Made by a program: the position numbers and the translations under genes
In this document: positions 14,985 through 28,310 of the stretch, in pieces
Layout of the letters: the number at the start of each line of letters is the position of its first letter
How positions within the stretch are numbered: the stretch's first letter is position 1
Notes under the pieces: generated by a model
Databases searched by the model: none
Told to the model about the DNA's origin: nothing
What the model saw: the letters and a program-made list of their open reading frames with translations, nothing else
Source: the human T2T-CHM13v2.0 reference genome, Homo sapiens
Reading direction: 5' to 3' (one strand)
DNA length: 64,000 nt
NCBI RefSeq assembly: GCF_009914755.1
Contig: NC_060929.1

Positions 14985-16339
14985 CCTTGAGTCAGCGGCT
15001 GTCAACACTGAGGCAAGACCTTTCATCAGCAAAAAGTTTATGACTTGCTCAAGGCTCAGTTAACAGCATTTTTAGCAATAATGTGCTTTTAAATTAAGGT
15101 ATGTGCATTCTTTAAGTAGTGCTATTTAGGCTATAGTATAGTTTCAACATAATTTTTATATGCACTGGGAAACTAAAAAATTGGTGCGACTCACTTTATT
15201 TCGGCATTCTCTTTATTGCAATGGTGTGGAGCCCAACCTACAATATTAGTGATGTATGCGTCTATTTACTTTTCAATTCCCAATGGAGAAAACTGTTTTC
15301 AGATGTTTTAGAATTTAAAGATAAATTTATCCTTGATTCCTATCTTGCTGCCTCTTCCAAATATTGGTGAACACTTCTTTTTTCATATAATCTGGCAAAA
15401 GATTTTTATAGAAGTATTTATTCATGCAATGTTATAAAATAATGTTTTGTGGCAAAAATTATAATGTAAGTACCTTAACATGCAATGAAGGAAACAAAAC
15501 TCACAGAGAATTCCAACTCTCAGAGTTGACACTATGCTTGTTTTGGAAGTTCCTATGGGGTGTTTTCTTTTCATTTATGATGTATTTGAGCTCATATTGT
15601 ATCTTCAATTTAGTAGCTTGCCTTTTTCACATGTGTTTAAAATTCTTAGTAAATGTTAATTTTTTGTACAATATACCTAACTCTCCTTTGGTTTTTAGAT
15701 ATTTAGGTTATTCCAGATATTCTCATTATTATAATCATGTTGTGATAAATCCCCCTCATGCATAGAGCATTTTTTATGTGCTTTTTGATAGTTATTTTTC
15801 AGTATTGAATGTAAAAGTGAAGTTGCTAGTCCGAAAGAGTGTTTATACGGCTATAGAGTAGACATCTAACAGCTTTGCCAGAACTTTCCACATTCTATAC
15901 CCCACCTGTGAAATTGGGTTTTCTTCTTTTCTCGCTGCACAAACTTAGCATACTGCCATCTTTCCTAGGTTCTCTTTGTGTGTTGTATATTGTAATGAAT
16001 GTCAGCTTGAAGGATACAACAGAAGAATAAAATTAGCTAAGGCACCACAGTTAGACTTACATTGCTGTCACTGTTGATATTTTGTTAGTAAAGAGAGGCT
16101 AGACTTATGCTGCTGTGTGAAAACACAAGTTAGATTTAGGTTTAAAAGTCTGTCTGAGATGCTGGTCAGTGATCACACACTCTTCCACTAAAATTTGCAA
16201 CACAGCTGATGAAAGTCTCCTTAAACTATGGACATTTGAGGGAAAAGTTCTCACTAAATGTGATATCACACATTATTATAGGGGATCAAGGTTATGTGAT
16301 TACCTATTCAATCAAAAACATAATCACAAACTTACATAA

Positions 16340-16830
16340 TTTGTTTTAAAATATCACTTATTATATATTATAAAACATGTAGGAATATAATGAATATAAT
16401 AACATAAAAATGTACATATTATAATTATGTATTTGTTATATTACATATGGTATATGTATATATACTGTATATATTATATAACAAATATATAATTATAATA
16501 CATACATTTTGTTATATCAATTATTAACATAATTATATTATGTTATTATAATATATGATATACAGTATGTGTTATATAAAAATATATACATATATACTAT
16601 ATATTATATAACACATATATTCTTATTATTATAATATATTTAATTATAATGGCATACTACATATTTATAATAATGTATTATGTACATTGTTATAAAATTG
16701 CATAACATATTATAACAATGCATTTATATAATATATAAGCTATATAAGTTATTAGGAAAGCATAGTAGGAATAACATTTTAAATAAAAATTTAAATTTTA
16801 AATTTTAAAATTGTAAATAAAAATTTTATC
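16340..16830. repeat. AT-rich low-complexity tract containing several inverted repeats
   Basis: Almost entirely A/T, with TATA/ATAAT units; inverted arms described in findings. Confidence 0.9.
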
Positions 16831-17760
16831 TGCCACTTTCATCTTTAAGAAATGAGGCCTTGAGATAAACTATTTTATAGTGTCTGTAGGAAGGAAAGTA
16901 GTCCTATTATATAAAAATAGTGGTTGCTTTAAAATTATTCATTAGCTATATTTATAGTTTATAAAATAATGAAATTTAAAATTGCCTTAAATTGGACTAA
17001 TAATCATGAGTTTGAAATAAAAACAGAATAAATAATGTTCATTTTAAAAGTAAAAGTCAGTTTTCTAGATTATGAATTTGGTATTGATTTAAATGAAATG
17101 AATTTACATTGAAGAATTGTATGTCTTTAGGGATTCAGTGTTCAGTGATGATCTGTTGGATGCACAGATTGAAGGAGACTGGATAGAAATAGCTTCCTGT
17201 GCCTCAAAAAAAGTCAGGAATTACTGCCAGGAAAACTCAGAGCTTCAGAGACTGCAAATATATTTAAGTTACTGAAGTAAGACGCTTGAAATGAAAATGT
17301 GTACACTCCATAAACCATGGATGGCATCAATAACATGAATACTATCTGAAATATTATTGCGATCAGGCTCAAGAAATACATGCTCCACTTGCTGTGATTT
17401 TTAAAATTTAAATATTGATAGTATATGGAAATACTGCTTATTCTTGCTATAATATTTAATGTGATTCCTATTCTTTACACTGTTTTAAAAAAGCTTTAGG
17501 ATCATAAACTGTTGTATTGGGGGTAATTCATGAAGTCTTGATGACTGTAGGAGGAATAATCTATTGTTTTCCAGTTTAATGTTCATGTTGCCCAGCATGT
17601 CTGCTTAATGAATATAATTCCTTTTTTATATTAAAATCTGATAGGACTTCGTACTCTAATAGGGGTTTTAAAAGAGATGTGTTTATTCTTCTAGTTTTAT
17701 AAGAATAGGATTTTGTAAGGGAGGGAATATTTTATTCTCATTCCGCTTGTTTGTAGAAAA

Positions 17761-17948
17761 CAGTGATTGTCAATGTGTGGGGCCAACACCAATAACTTGA
17801 TTAGCAAAAGCTGGGAACTTGTTGGAAATGCAAATTCTCAGGCTCCACCCCAGAACAACTGACTCAGAAACTTAAGAGGAGGTCCCAGCAATCTTCATTT
17901 AACAAACTCTACAGATGGTCCTAATGCACAGGACAGTTTGAGAACCAA
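17761..17948. mobile_element. MER5A (hAT-Charlie MITE)
   Basis: CAGTGATTGTCAA...GGGAACTTGTTGGAAATGCAAATTCTCAGGCTCCACCCCAGA...AGTTTGAGAACCA. Confidence 0.88.
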
Positions 17949-18056
17949 GAATGTTGAAATTTTTTACAGAATGTCCCTACTTGAAATTTACTATACTCAT
18001 CTGCATTGAGGCTTCAGGTTTTAGGAGATAGATTGAGGTTTTGGATGAAAACCTGC

Positions 18057-18490
18057 CATATCAGTTAGCTTTAGTACTATAACAAACCACCCCAGAAATT
18101 AGTGGTTAAACAAGCATGCGGGCTTCCCAGGTGATTCCTCTGGCCTGGCTGGGCTTCCTGTGCATGTGGTCAGCTGCTATTTAGTTGGGTGCTGGAGAGC
18201 TCAGGGTGCCCTCAGCTGCAGAGCCTGGTCTGTCCCATCTGTGGCCTTTCTTCCTGCAGCAGGTGGCTCCAGGCTCTTCCAGGATTCCTAGAGAATGGAA
18301 GGCGCATTCAAGGCCTCAGAAGCCACCTGTGCTCCTTCTGTCCTTTTCTGTTGACTACCCCAAGATTCAAAGCCAGCCCAGCATCAAGCGGTGGTGGGAA
18401 GGACTCCACCTCTTCAGGGGAGGAGATACAAAGTCACACCCTAAATGGGACAAGGTGCAGGGAGGGGATAACGTTTTTGCACACAGTTGC
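18057..18490 (-). mobile_element. Old MLT1-family MaLR LTR
   Basis: TCAGTTAGC...TAACAAACCACCCAGAAATTAGTGGTTAAACAA start; GACTCCACCTCTT...CAAAGTCACA end motifs. Confidence 0.7.
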
Positions 18491-19767
18491 CCACACCTGC
18501 AGATCAGGATCAAGGCTAATGCTCTATTGGCTAAGGAATTCTGGCCCTCTGTTCTGTAGTCCATTCAGATCAAGAGTGGGGACCAAAACGCTTCCTCATT
18601 TTTCTCTGAAGCTGAGAAGTAAGAGGCAATCGGTAAAACAGAACACAGTGTGTTCGTAGTTACCACGTCGTCCTGTTATCAGTGAGGATGGCAGTCACCA
18701 TGTTTGCAAAAGTAAAATAAATCTCAAAATTTGACTAATAATAGCAGACACAAAAAAAGTAGAATCCAGTACAAATATGCCTTTTATTTCAAGCATAGTT
18801 TCCTCACTTTTGGCCCTGGATTTCCTGTATGATTTCTCAAATGTATTATTCTAAATGATGACCTGCACACTTTGTGTAGAGGTTTCTTGGTTTTACATGT
18901 CCTCAGGGATACTGGGGGAATGGTGGTATATAATAGTCATGAATAGACTTGAGTAATGTATAGTACTCTGATAGGATTCTGCTGCTGCTTACATTATGAC
19001 AGCATGGTAAGTAAAAGAACAGAAAAAGAGTGGGAAAAATATATTCTTAATTAATGAACTTTGGACCAAAAAATAATAGAGTCCTTTATCTTATTTACAA
19101 ATACAACAGTTTTGAATAGTTCATGTTATACTTTAAATTATTAATGAGAGTAATGAACAGTTTTGTAGAGTAATGTATAATGAGGAAGCAATATTAACTT
19201 GCATTAACTTGCAGTTATTTAGTTATTTATATAAAGCAGTTATTTGCAAATCATGATCAGATATATTTAACTAAGATATAATTTATATTTTTAGAGATGC
19301 TCTTTTATTTTTCCCTCCAATATGCGTTTAGGAAAAATAAAACATGTATTCTGTGATATTGTCAGTCTGCTCTGAACTTCAGCTTTCTCGTTCCCAAGTT
19401 CTAATCATTTCCAGCTGGCGTATGTTAATGGCGTTTCTGTCTAACATTGTGGCTCTCTCAAAGAAGTACAAGAAAAAGTCTCTTCCCACAGGGAGTTTGA
19501 TACCATACAACACAGATATCACCATTATCACACAATTGTAAAGCAATTACAGAAGTCAAGATAATATGGCAAAGACTGTTTACCTAAGACTCGATAGTAC
19601 ACAAAACAAAGAACACATGGGCTACTAGGCAAACAGTTATGTGGGGTTGACTTTAGCCTGAAAAAAAGTGTTCTGATTGAAGTAATGGCACGTCACACAA
19701 GAAGGGCTGATAGAGGGCCGCTCATTAGGATGGCTGCTCACGGGACTGGCCAGAATGACTTTGGGTG

Positions 19768-20160
19768 GCGTATCAAGTGTCCATTGCCACAATTATGCTG
19801 TACAACCACTTGCCCCAAGACCAATGGCTTAAATCATGAAGATGCGTTTTTCACTCAGGTCTGTGCGTTGGCTGGGATTTGGTGATTGTCAGCTGCCCCT
19901 CACTCTAGGCTGTAGGTGGGTGCGGATCTTCTGACATACTTCTGTTTTCCCCATGGACCGGGAGTTCCTTGGGGGATGACCACAGGAAAAGGACCAAGCC
20001 AATTCTGCAAGCAAATTTAAGCCACTGTTTCATCAAGTCCACTAGCAATGCATTGGCCACAGCAAGTCACATGGCCCAGGCAGACCTCAGGGTGCTGGAG
20101 TGTTCTCTGCCCATTGAGGGAGCTGGAGCAGAGTGAACACTTGCCTAACCCCAGTCCAAA
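19768..20160 (-). mobile_element. MLT1J/I-like MaLR LTR
   Basis: ATTGCCACAATTATGCTGTACAACCAC...AATGGCTTAAA; CATTGGCCACAGCAAGTCACATGGCC. Confidence 0.7.
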
Positions 20161-20540
20161 GGATTGTAAGTAGGATGAGAACAGTCAGGGGTGTCTTGCG
20201 GTTGCTGTTTCTTTTCACGGATGTGCACAGGTGAATGTAAGGTTTATTGTCTTTTCACATTCTGATGGTTAACATCAAACCCACAGCTCACGTTTCGAAG
20301 ACAGTTTTGAGATTTGCTTTTCCTAGTAATTCGCCTCCAAGCAGTGGGTCTTGTTTAGTAGGGACAATCTTGAAATGGCTAAATTTCTTCTAAGAACAGT
20401 ATTGGCAACTTGAAGAGTCGTTGGGATCAGTGTTATGTTCTTGCCTTAACTCCAAAATTAAACGGGTTATAGTTATTGTTGTGTATATTTGGTAATGTAC
20501 ATTAAAAATAAAAACCTCTAGACATGACACATAACATTAG

Positions 20541-20909
<369 letters not shown>

Positions 20910-21051
20910 TGTTTAAGAGGTAATTTTTGAAATTTTTGTTTGCAAAGTGAATATTTAATCCTATTATATCTGCTGGACTGTGTGCCTTCTAAAATTCTAC
21001 TTAGTAGAATTGATAAGCAGGGATCATTTAAAAATTAAACAACATTTTTCA

Positions 21052-21211
21052 TTTAATTAATTTATTTATTTGAGACAGGATCTTGCCCTGTTGCCCAGGC
21101 TGAAGAGCAGTGAGGCAATCACAACTCACTGTAACCTTGACTTCCTGGGCTCAAGTGATCCTTCCACCTCAGCCTCCCAAGTAGCTGGGACTATAGGTCC
21201 ATGCCACCATG
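21052..21211 (-). mobile_element. AluJ/FRAM-type monomer
   Basis: TGAGACAGGATCTTGCCCTGTTGCCCAGGCTG...CCTGGGCTCAAGTGATCCT...GGGACTATAGG. Confidence 0.88.
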
Positions 21212-21724
21212 GATAAACAGGTATCTTTTATACAGTGATAAAATGCTGCCAACATACACTAGGCTCTTTTACTATAGTTGTTTTTAAAATTTTTTTCACC
21301 TGAAATATAAATGTAAATGTTCAGTATTATCAAAATTAAAACTCTTGAGTTATGATCTTTGGAAGTTTATACTTAATGTCCTAGGAGCATGGTATTAATT
21401 CAGTAGCCGTGGTTGGTGTGTTTCTTACAAGCAATCTTCAAAATGAAGGTGTCAAGGAGAACCTGAATGTTGGTTCACTTGGGGTTGGTGTTTTCTTTTT
21501 GTACACTAAGTGTCTTAATTTTTTTTTTGTGGACATGGAATTGTGTCCACGAGTATGTATTTCTTATGGGATTATGTAGAAACTATTGTAACATTCTGAG
21601 CCTTTCTTCCTTTAGACGAAGGGCAGGGAGGAGACACAACCTTGCAAGTAGTTGGACGTGGTGATGGGAGTGGCCTGGAATAGGGATGGACATTATAAGT
21701 TCTTTCTTTAAGCTTTGCTTCTAT

Positions 21725-22185
21725 CATTCGAGAGTAGGTTCCTCTGCATTTACAAGAAAAGCAATCTCAGCCACAGTTGTTTATATAGGAGGGAAGTTTG
21801 TCCCTATCTCACATCACTCAAGTCCAGAGTTTGGAATCCTGAGTTGGTAGAGATCCTTCATGGCCCAGCAGAGGCCTGGCTCCTTGCTGTCCACTGCCCC
21901 CATTCCCATCATGTTCTCAGGGGCAGCTGGTCCAAGGCCACCACAAGGCATGATGCCTGGGATGAGGGTTCTCTCTGTTCTTTTCAAAGAGACTTCCAGG
22001 AAGAAACCTTACAACCTTAGAGACCTGTCTGTCTCTCGTTGGCTGAATTTAGTCATATGATTACATCTATCAGGAAGGGACTAGGGAGTGTTGTTCTTTG
22101 GCTGAGTTAGCAAAGAAATGAGCTTCTTTTTCTTTACTAGAAGGGAAGGATTAATACTGGAGGCAACTGGCAAGCTCCGCCTCAA
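21725..22185 (-). mobile_element. MLT1K/L-like MaLR LTR
   Basis: Decayed similarity: TCTCACATC...AAGTCCAGAG; TTGGCTGAATTTAGTCATATG...GGAAGGGACTAGGGAGTG. Confidence 0.55.
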
Positions 22186-22899
22186 TGCACATGGCTCAGT
22201 TTGTCTTTAGAGAACATTCTGAATGTGTAGTTATAGATGCCCATTGTGATATGCATCAAATCCCAATATTTTAGGTACATTCAGAGTGTATAATAATTGA
22301 GTATAATATTCTGCCTTCTCATAGCTTTTATTTATTTTATAAGCTGCCTTGAAGCTATAATTCTGTTTCCACATATGTGCCTTTGGCACATCTTAGAATC
22401 TGACGTAGTTTCCCAGCCAATCCAACCATGTTTTTAAAAAGAGCTGAGAATTTCATTGAGCCACTCTTTTGTATGGGGCTCTTTATGGAAAAATTACATT
22501 TGGATTTAAAGAAGGAAATTCCTTACAGTTTTGGAATAGAAATTTATTAGATAAATCTTCAAGTTAATCTTCCTTGTGAATTTGGGTGATGAATGCTGGT
22601 TACACTGTCCAAGCAACTTTAAAAATGTTTTGGTTTTATTTCTGAACTCACATTTGAAATATTACTTGATTGCTAGTGACAAAAATGATTTCTGTTTAGA
22701 TCTCATATTTAAGCATCTATGATAATGAAAACACATTAAAGGGAAAGTCCTATCATTCCTGAGAGTTTGCAACATTGTCAGAATCTCCCTGAGAAGGAAT
22801 GCCATGGAGGGCAAGGCTGCTTTCTTGTCTATGATTTGATCTGTTGGTGAGAAGTGAGGATGAACGCTTTTCCTGTCTGTCGGTTTATGGTGTCTGCAC

Positions 22900-23330
22900 A
22901 TTTTGATAGCAGATCATTGCTGTTCACTCCTTCTCCTTTAAATAGAGCAAGTGGAATTGTCTACAGAATGCGGCCTAAGTATTCTATTAGGCCTAATGTG
23001 TTTTAATTAGCAACAGCAGACGAACCCAAACACTGTCTCTTAGTGCGTCTAACCTTATTATTTTCAAGTAGCAGTTGAATAACACTTGGAAGAGAGTCAT
23101 CAATCTCTCAGACTAATTAATGAAAATGTTTAAAAAATACTGGCAGATGAAAGTAATAAACATGTCAGTCCCCAAATTGTGTTTTTCCGCCACTGATTGA
23201 TAATAACTAGGTCAGTCGCCAAGTTTTAATTTCTTGATTAAATGGCATTCCCAATACTGCTATCTTCTTGACATTGACTAAACTTAATAAGCAATGTAGT
23301 TGACACTTCATATCTCTTACAGGAAATACT
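22900..23330. promoter_or_regulatory. Candidate developmental enhancer (homeodomain/TALE motif cluster)
   Basis: Repeat-free segment with TCATCAATCT, CTAATTAATG, CAGATG, TGTCAG, TGATTGAT and TGATTAAATGG within ~150 bp. Confidence 0.35.
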
Positions 23331-25089
23331 TCCTCTCATTATTAAAAAATACAGAGTGTTAAACATAGCTAGCAAAAATTAAATCATTTGACATTTTATT
23401 AGAGAAAACTTTTAAGACAATAATAGTAACTGATGGCAGTTATTACCAAAAATACCTAAAGATTTGGAACTACCTTTTGAATTGTTAGGGTGGTGACATT
23501 ATATTCAGTGTATTTTTAGTATATGCTTTGCTTTATTTTAGTTCTTTTTCAGTGTCAGGTGCTCATTCGTGGTGTAAATAACAATTCTGTGTTAGGCAGG
23601 TTTTCCTATTTGATCACGTGTGTGGGTTGGATTAGAAAATAGACATTAAATAAATTGATTGCTGTCTGTGGCCCTTGTCCTTGGCAGGGTGGATTCCTTC
23701 TGAAAGGATATTGCAGTGTCCAGGGAATGAAGGGGTTGAGCAGATGAGACCTCCCTAGCTGATGCAGCAAGCCTGAAAGGAGAGGGAATGAATTCCAGAG
23801 ATGTGTCAGAAAGGGGAGTGGCATGGAGGGCTTTGTGATACCTGAACAGGTTTGGGCTGTCCATGAACTTGAGATTTAAACCCAACTTTTCCCTTTGAAT
23901 TGGCTGATGTTTTCCTTGGAGTCAGTAGCAATAGTGTTTTCTTAAAAAAATTGTTTGAATAAACATACCTATAAAATTGGCTTTTGAAACCAAATACAGT
24001 ACCTATGCCTATTACATGCCATTTTTTTTGGTTTCCCCACATCAAAGGACTGCTAACGTCTTTTAAAATCTTCATGCTATCATTGTGTCTCTGCTAACAC
24101 TGCCCCTCAATTCTGTGAAGATTTATTCAGTGTCCATTACACAGTCATGAAGAGGACAAAAAGAACAATCGTTCCATGGTGCATATGGTGTAGTGGTGCT
24201 CACCATAGGCCTGGGATGTGTTTCTTTTTTGCGCTTGTGAAATAATTATTATAAGTCCCTTCCTTTGCACTTGAGGGAACTGTTACCCAAAGAGGTGGTG
24301 TAATCAAATTCTTTGCTGTTGGGGCTCAGATGTAGAACCAGATCAGTTCAATTCCAAAGCTCAGATTTTTCTACTTGAAGCTGTACTGTTGTTTCTCATT
24401 CATCACATGGATGGGCTTATGCTGAGAGCACAAGGTGATAGATAAAAAAAAAAAAAAAAAAAAGAATGAGATCGTCCTGAAAAGGAATGTGCTAAGCATG
24501 TAAATGTCTCTATAATAACATAGTAGAGAAAGTATAAAATTATTTACTCTTCCCCTCCAGAAAAATTCATGGTGGTTGAAACGAGAAAGAGAATGAATTT
24601 GATTGAAAGATTAAAAATGTTTCTTGGAGACAGTGGTTTCAAAGGTGGGATAGGATCACAGGAAGAAAGGACAAATGCTGGAGGAAGTAACAGCAACAGC
24701 CAAGCTACAAAGAAAGCAATGGGGGATGACTTAGGGGACAGGTCCTATGTTCTCCATTTTGGCTGCTGTGTTTTGGTGCATCTTATGTAACACCCAAGTA
24801 AGTTTGTATTTTATTTGGTGTCCAGGGAAGCCACTGGAGATTTTGAATAGAGAAATGGCATAAATCAATAGTTTTTTAGGAAGTTCATGCTACAAACCGT
24901 ACTCTCATTTTATTTTTCTGTTGGTACTAGTTACTTCCCAAATATATCCTGTATATTTTGTGTGTGTGTTGTCTACCCTTTCCTCTTCATTGTAAGCTGT
25001 TTGAGGGCTGAAGCTGGGTCAGATCAGGCACACACCTTTCCTGTTGTCCTCCAGCACTCTCTCTCTCGGAGCTCTGCGCTGCTGTGTAA

Positions 25090-25406
25090 GTTGTCTGACT
25101 ACACTGAGAGTGCCACACTGAAGGGCCCTGTGCAGAAGCTGTGACTCAGAGTCCCAGCTGAGTACCTCTTTCCACCCATTCTATAAGGTGCCAAACATGT
25201 AAGTGAAGCTGTCCTGGACCATCCAGACCAGCCAAACCATAGGTCAGAGTGCCATCTACTGACCTACGGCAATGTCACATGGAACATGGGTTCTCCCAGC
25301 TTGGTCCTGCCCAATTCCTAACCCACAAAATTGTGAGATAACCATTGCAGTTTGAAGCCACCTAGATTGGGGGTAGCTTGTTATGCAGCAGTAGATAAGG
25401 GGAACC
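25090..25406 (+). mobile_element. MLT1H-like MaLR LTR (3' part)
   Basis: CATGTAAGTGAAGC...CCAGACCAGCC; CCTGCCCAATTCCTAACCCACAAAATTGTGAGATA...TTGTTATGCAGCAGTAGATAA. Confidence 0.8.
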
Positions 25407-25686
25407 AATAAGGTCAGTTCACCTCAGCTTAGGGCATGGACCAGAGCTGGGGTGGGGTGCAGGGCTCTCTGTTATACTCGATATGCAGTCAAAAAAGTAG
25501 CTGATTGAACATTGGATGTGAAGGAGTCAAAATGACCAAATCTAAATGATAAGAGTAGGTGGTGGTAAGAGGAGATTTTAGGTGTGAGAAGTTGATGGGA
25601 TATTGTGTTGACAATATTAAATTGATTAAAATCTTGATATCCCTTGGAATGTCTAACTAATATCACAAAATTAAATTTATGATCTT

Positions 25687-26029
25687 TACTAGTCCATTTT
25701 CACATTGCTGATAAAGACATACCCGAGACTGGGTAATTTTTAATGGACCCACAGTTCTATGTGGCTATGGAGGCCTCACCATCATGGTGGAAGGCAAAAG
25801 GCATGTCTTACATGGCAGCAGGCAAGAGAGAATGAGCGCCAAGTGAAAGGGGTTTCCCCTTATAAAACCATTAGATCTCATGAGACTTACTCACTACTAT
25901 GAGAACAGTATGGGGGAACCACCCCCATGATTCAGTTATCTCCCACTGGGTCCTTCCCACAACACGTGGGAATTATGGGAGCTACAATTCAAGATGAGAT
26001 TTGGGTGGCGACACAGCCAAACCATATCA
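25687..26029 (-). mobile_element. THE1C-like MaLR solo LTR
   Basis: GCTGATAAAGACATACCCGAGACTGGGTAA...AAGTGAAAGGGGTTTCCCCTTATAAAACC...ACACAGCCAAACCATATCA. Confidence 0.92.
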
Positions 26030-27149
26030 TTATCTTTCCTTCTAAAGGGAATTTCTTTCATATGGTCTCCTTCATCTCACATAATGTCAGCTGGAGGTCT
26101 GTAGTTACCTGGGTCAGACACCTGGGAGTGCTCCCTCCTGAGTCTTTTTTCTCATGTCCCATATGGATGCGTCCTAAGTCCAGTAAGCTTCACATTAAAG
26201 CAGAGTCAGTATCCACCTTCCTTGTTGTTCAAAGTAAGCCACTTTCTCCAGGCTGTTAGTTTCATTTTCTCCTGTCCCTAAAGCCCTCCACAAGCCTCCG
26301 TCTAATTCTGTGCTTCTTTGATTCACGGCGTGTGCACAGGTGTTGCAAGCTATTGGTAGAGGCTCTGCAGAGCAGGTACAAGGTGTATTTGGGATGAAGT
26401 CCCTGAGAATGCAGACACCTATGGTTTTTCAGAAAGAAGCTACACAGATCCTTTTTAATTACCATGTTTTTATTTTTACTGAGGTGTTACTTATATGCTG
26501 CAAAGTATGTGAATGTTAGGATGACAGTTTTACAGCTCAATGAAATTTTACATATGTGTGTGTATAGATAGATCTATAAATATATAGCAGTTCCAAATTA
26601 TTTCAGAAGAAATCCTCCTTTCTCTTAGCTTAGAATATATGTAATGGGGCTGGCTATCTTGGGAGTTTCATTGAAGAGGGGGTGTTACATTTGCATGTTT
26701 TTTAACCTATGCTTACTGAAAGGTCAATGAAATTTGGGGAAAGAAGATCCTAGACATCTAGACATTCTTCATTGATATGTCATTGGAGAAAATCTTGGAA
26801 AATAAAAAGTCTATTTTCTACCTTCCAGATGACCCCAACTATATGAGTCCTACCTCTTTAAAATAGCTTTTCCTCCTTTTAGCACTAAGAATCTTTATTA
26901 TGTGCCAGTAATGATTAAAACATTTTAAGATGAAATTCTTTATTACTGCTGCTATGATAAATTATTAGCAATATAAGACAAATGTTTATCTATGACTGCT
27001 TTGAATATTAACTTCAGCCATATCTTATATATTTTTTTCTTAGTAAAATCCTCAAGATATGCCTCCAAGTTTTCTTTTTGTTATAACCTCATGTGGTGGC
27101 CTGTGGAATATTATTTTTATTTTTATTCATATAGTCCCAGACTTGTTTG

Positions 27150-27405
27150 TACATAGCAACTAATATCTATAGAGCATTTTCTATGTGCCCAACCCACCCT
27201 AGATCCCTTACACATTAACTTATTTATTCATTTCAGCAGCTCTAGTGAGAAAGGTGATATCAGCACCCCTTTTTACAGGTGAAACCGAGGCACAAGGTGT
27301 TAAGTGCTTTGCCAAGGCTACACTGCCAGTGCATGGCAGAGCCTGCTTTTAAGCCCTGCCAGGCCAGCTCCAGAGCCTCTGTCTCTAATCACTGTGCTAT
27401 CCTAC
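27150..27405 (-). mobile_element. MIR SINE
   Basis: Core TTTTACAGGTGAAACCGAGGCACAAGGTGTTAAGTGCTTTGCCAAGG. Confidence 0.85.
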
Positions 27406-27611
27406 CTCGCAATGAGCATTTGGAAGAGAAGTGAAAACACCACAGTCCCCCTAGGAAGCCACAGACTGGCTGCTAGAGCCCATCATTTAAGGAGGCTGGT
27501 GAATTTAATGAGTTTCTCTTGACTGTATTTTCAAGGTAAAAATGTAAATAATAGAGTCCACATCATTTCAAATTGAATCAGGGCCAACTGTAATTTCAGG
27601 AATGAAAAAAA

Positions 27612-28045
27612 ATAATAGCAAGTAACAAGCACACCATGCTTTTGTGTGCCCGACAGCATTCTCATGGAGGACTTTCACTTGCTCAATCCTCACACCCACC
27701 CCATGAGGCACAGACAGTTCCTGAATTAGGATTTTTCAGCTTCATGATGGTGTTAAAGTGGTATGCATTTAGTAGAAACCATCCTTCCTTCATGATGCTG
27801 GGCAGTGCCAGCATCCTCGTCAGCCTGGTCAGCCACGCATTTTTGAATTAGGATATTTTCAATTTACCCTGGGCTTATCGGGATGTAACCCCATTGTAAG
27901 TGGACAAGCACCTGCCCTTGTTTGGAGATAAGAGAGAGCTTAAGTGAATTGCCAAAATGCCAGCCAGTTCATGGCAAATCCAGGCTGCTAACCCAGATAG
28001 TGGCTTCGAACCTGTGCTCTTAACCGCTCAGCTATCTTGCCTCTT
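27612..28045 (-). mobile_element. MIR SINE split by a Tigger5/MER47-type insertion
   Basis: CTCAATCCTCACACCCACCCCATGAGG before the insert; GCTTAAGTGAATTGCCAAA...GCTCTTAACC after it. Confidence 0.65.
27711..27914. mobile_element. Tigger5/MER47-family MITE
   Basis: CAGACAGTTCC...GATGGTGTTAAAGTGGTATGCATTTAGTAGAAACC and TTATCGGGATGTAACCCCATTGTAAGT...GCACCTG termini. Confidence 0.75.
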
Positions 28046-28249
28046 AAAACAACAATGACAACAAACAGGTTCATAACTTACAGAGAAGCAGAACTCTTGG
28101 ATGCTGATAGCCCTTGAGGCATCAGCCAACTATGTTTTTATCCAAGCTCCCTCTTCTGCTACACTTCCAGGCAATTGCCCTTTCTCTGCAGGGTGCATGA
28201 GGCCTGACAAGTGCTTAGTGTCCAGGAAGCTTTGGTGATTACTGTCAGC

Positions 28250-28310
28250 ATTGACCGCCGTGGAGAAGGGTCCCCACGTGACCATGGACCGGCGGGCCAT
28301 TTTGTGCATA
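28250..28310. promoter_or_regulatory. Small CpG-retaining patch with USF/MiT E-box and YY1-like site
   Basis: CACGTGAC at 28275-28282 and GCCATTTT at 28296-28303; five CpGs in ~45 bp. Confidence 0.3.

Noticed and set aside
18975-19012. Strong donor ATG|GTAAGT (similarly TGG|GTAAGT at ~61811, and acceptor TTTCTCTTCCAG at ~63522)
   Set aside because: No convincing partner splice site or recognisable peptide; expected by chance in 64 kb
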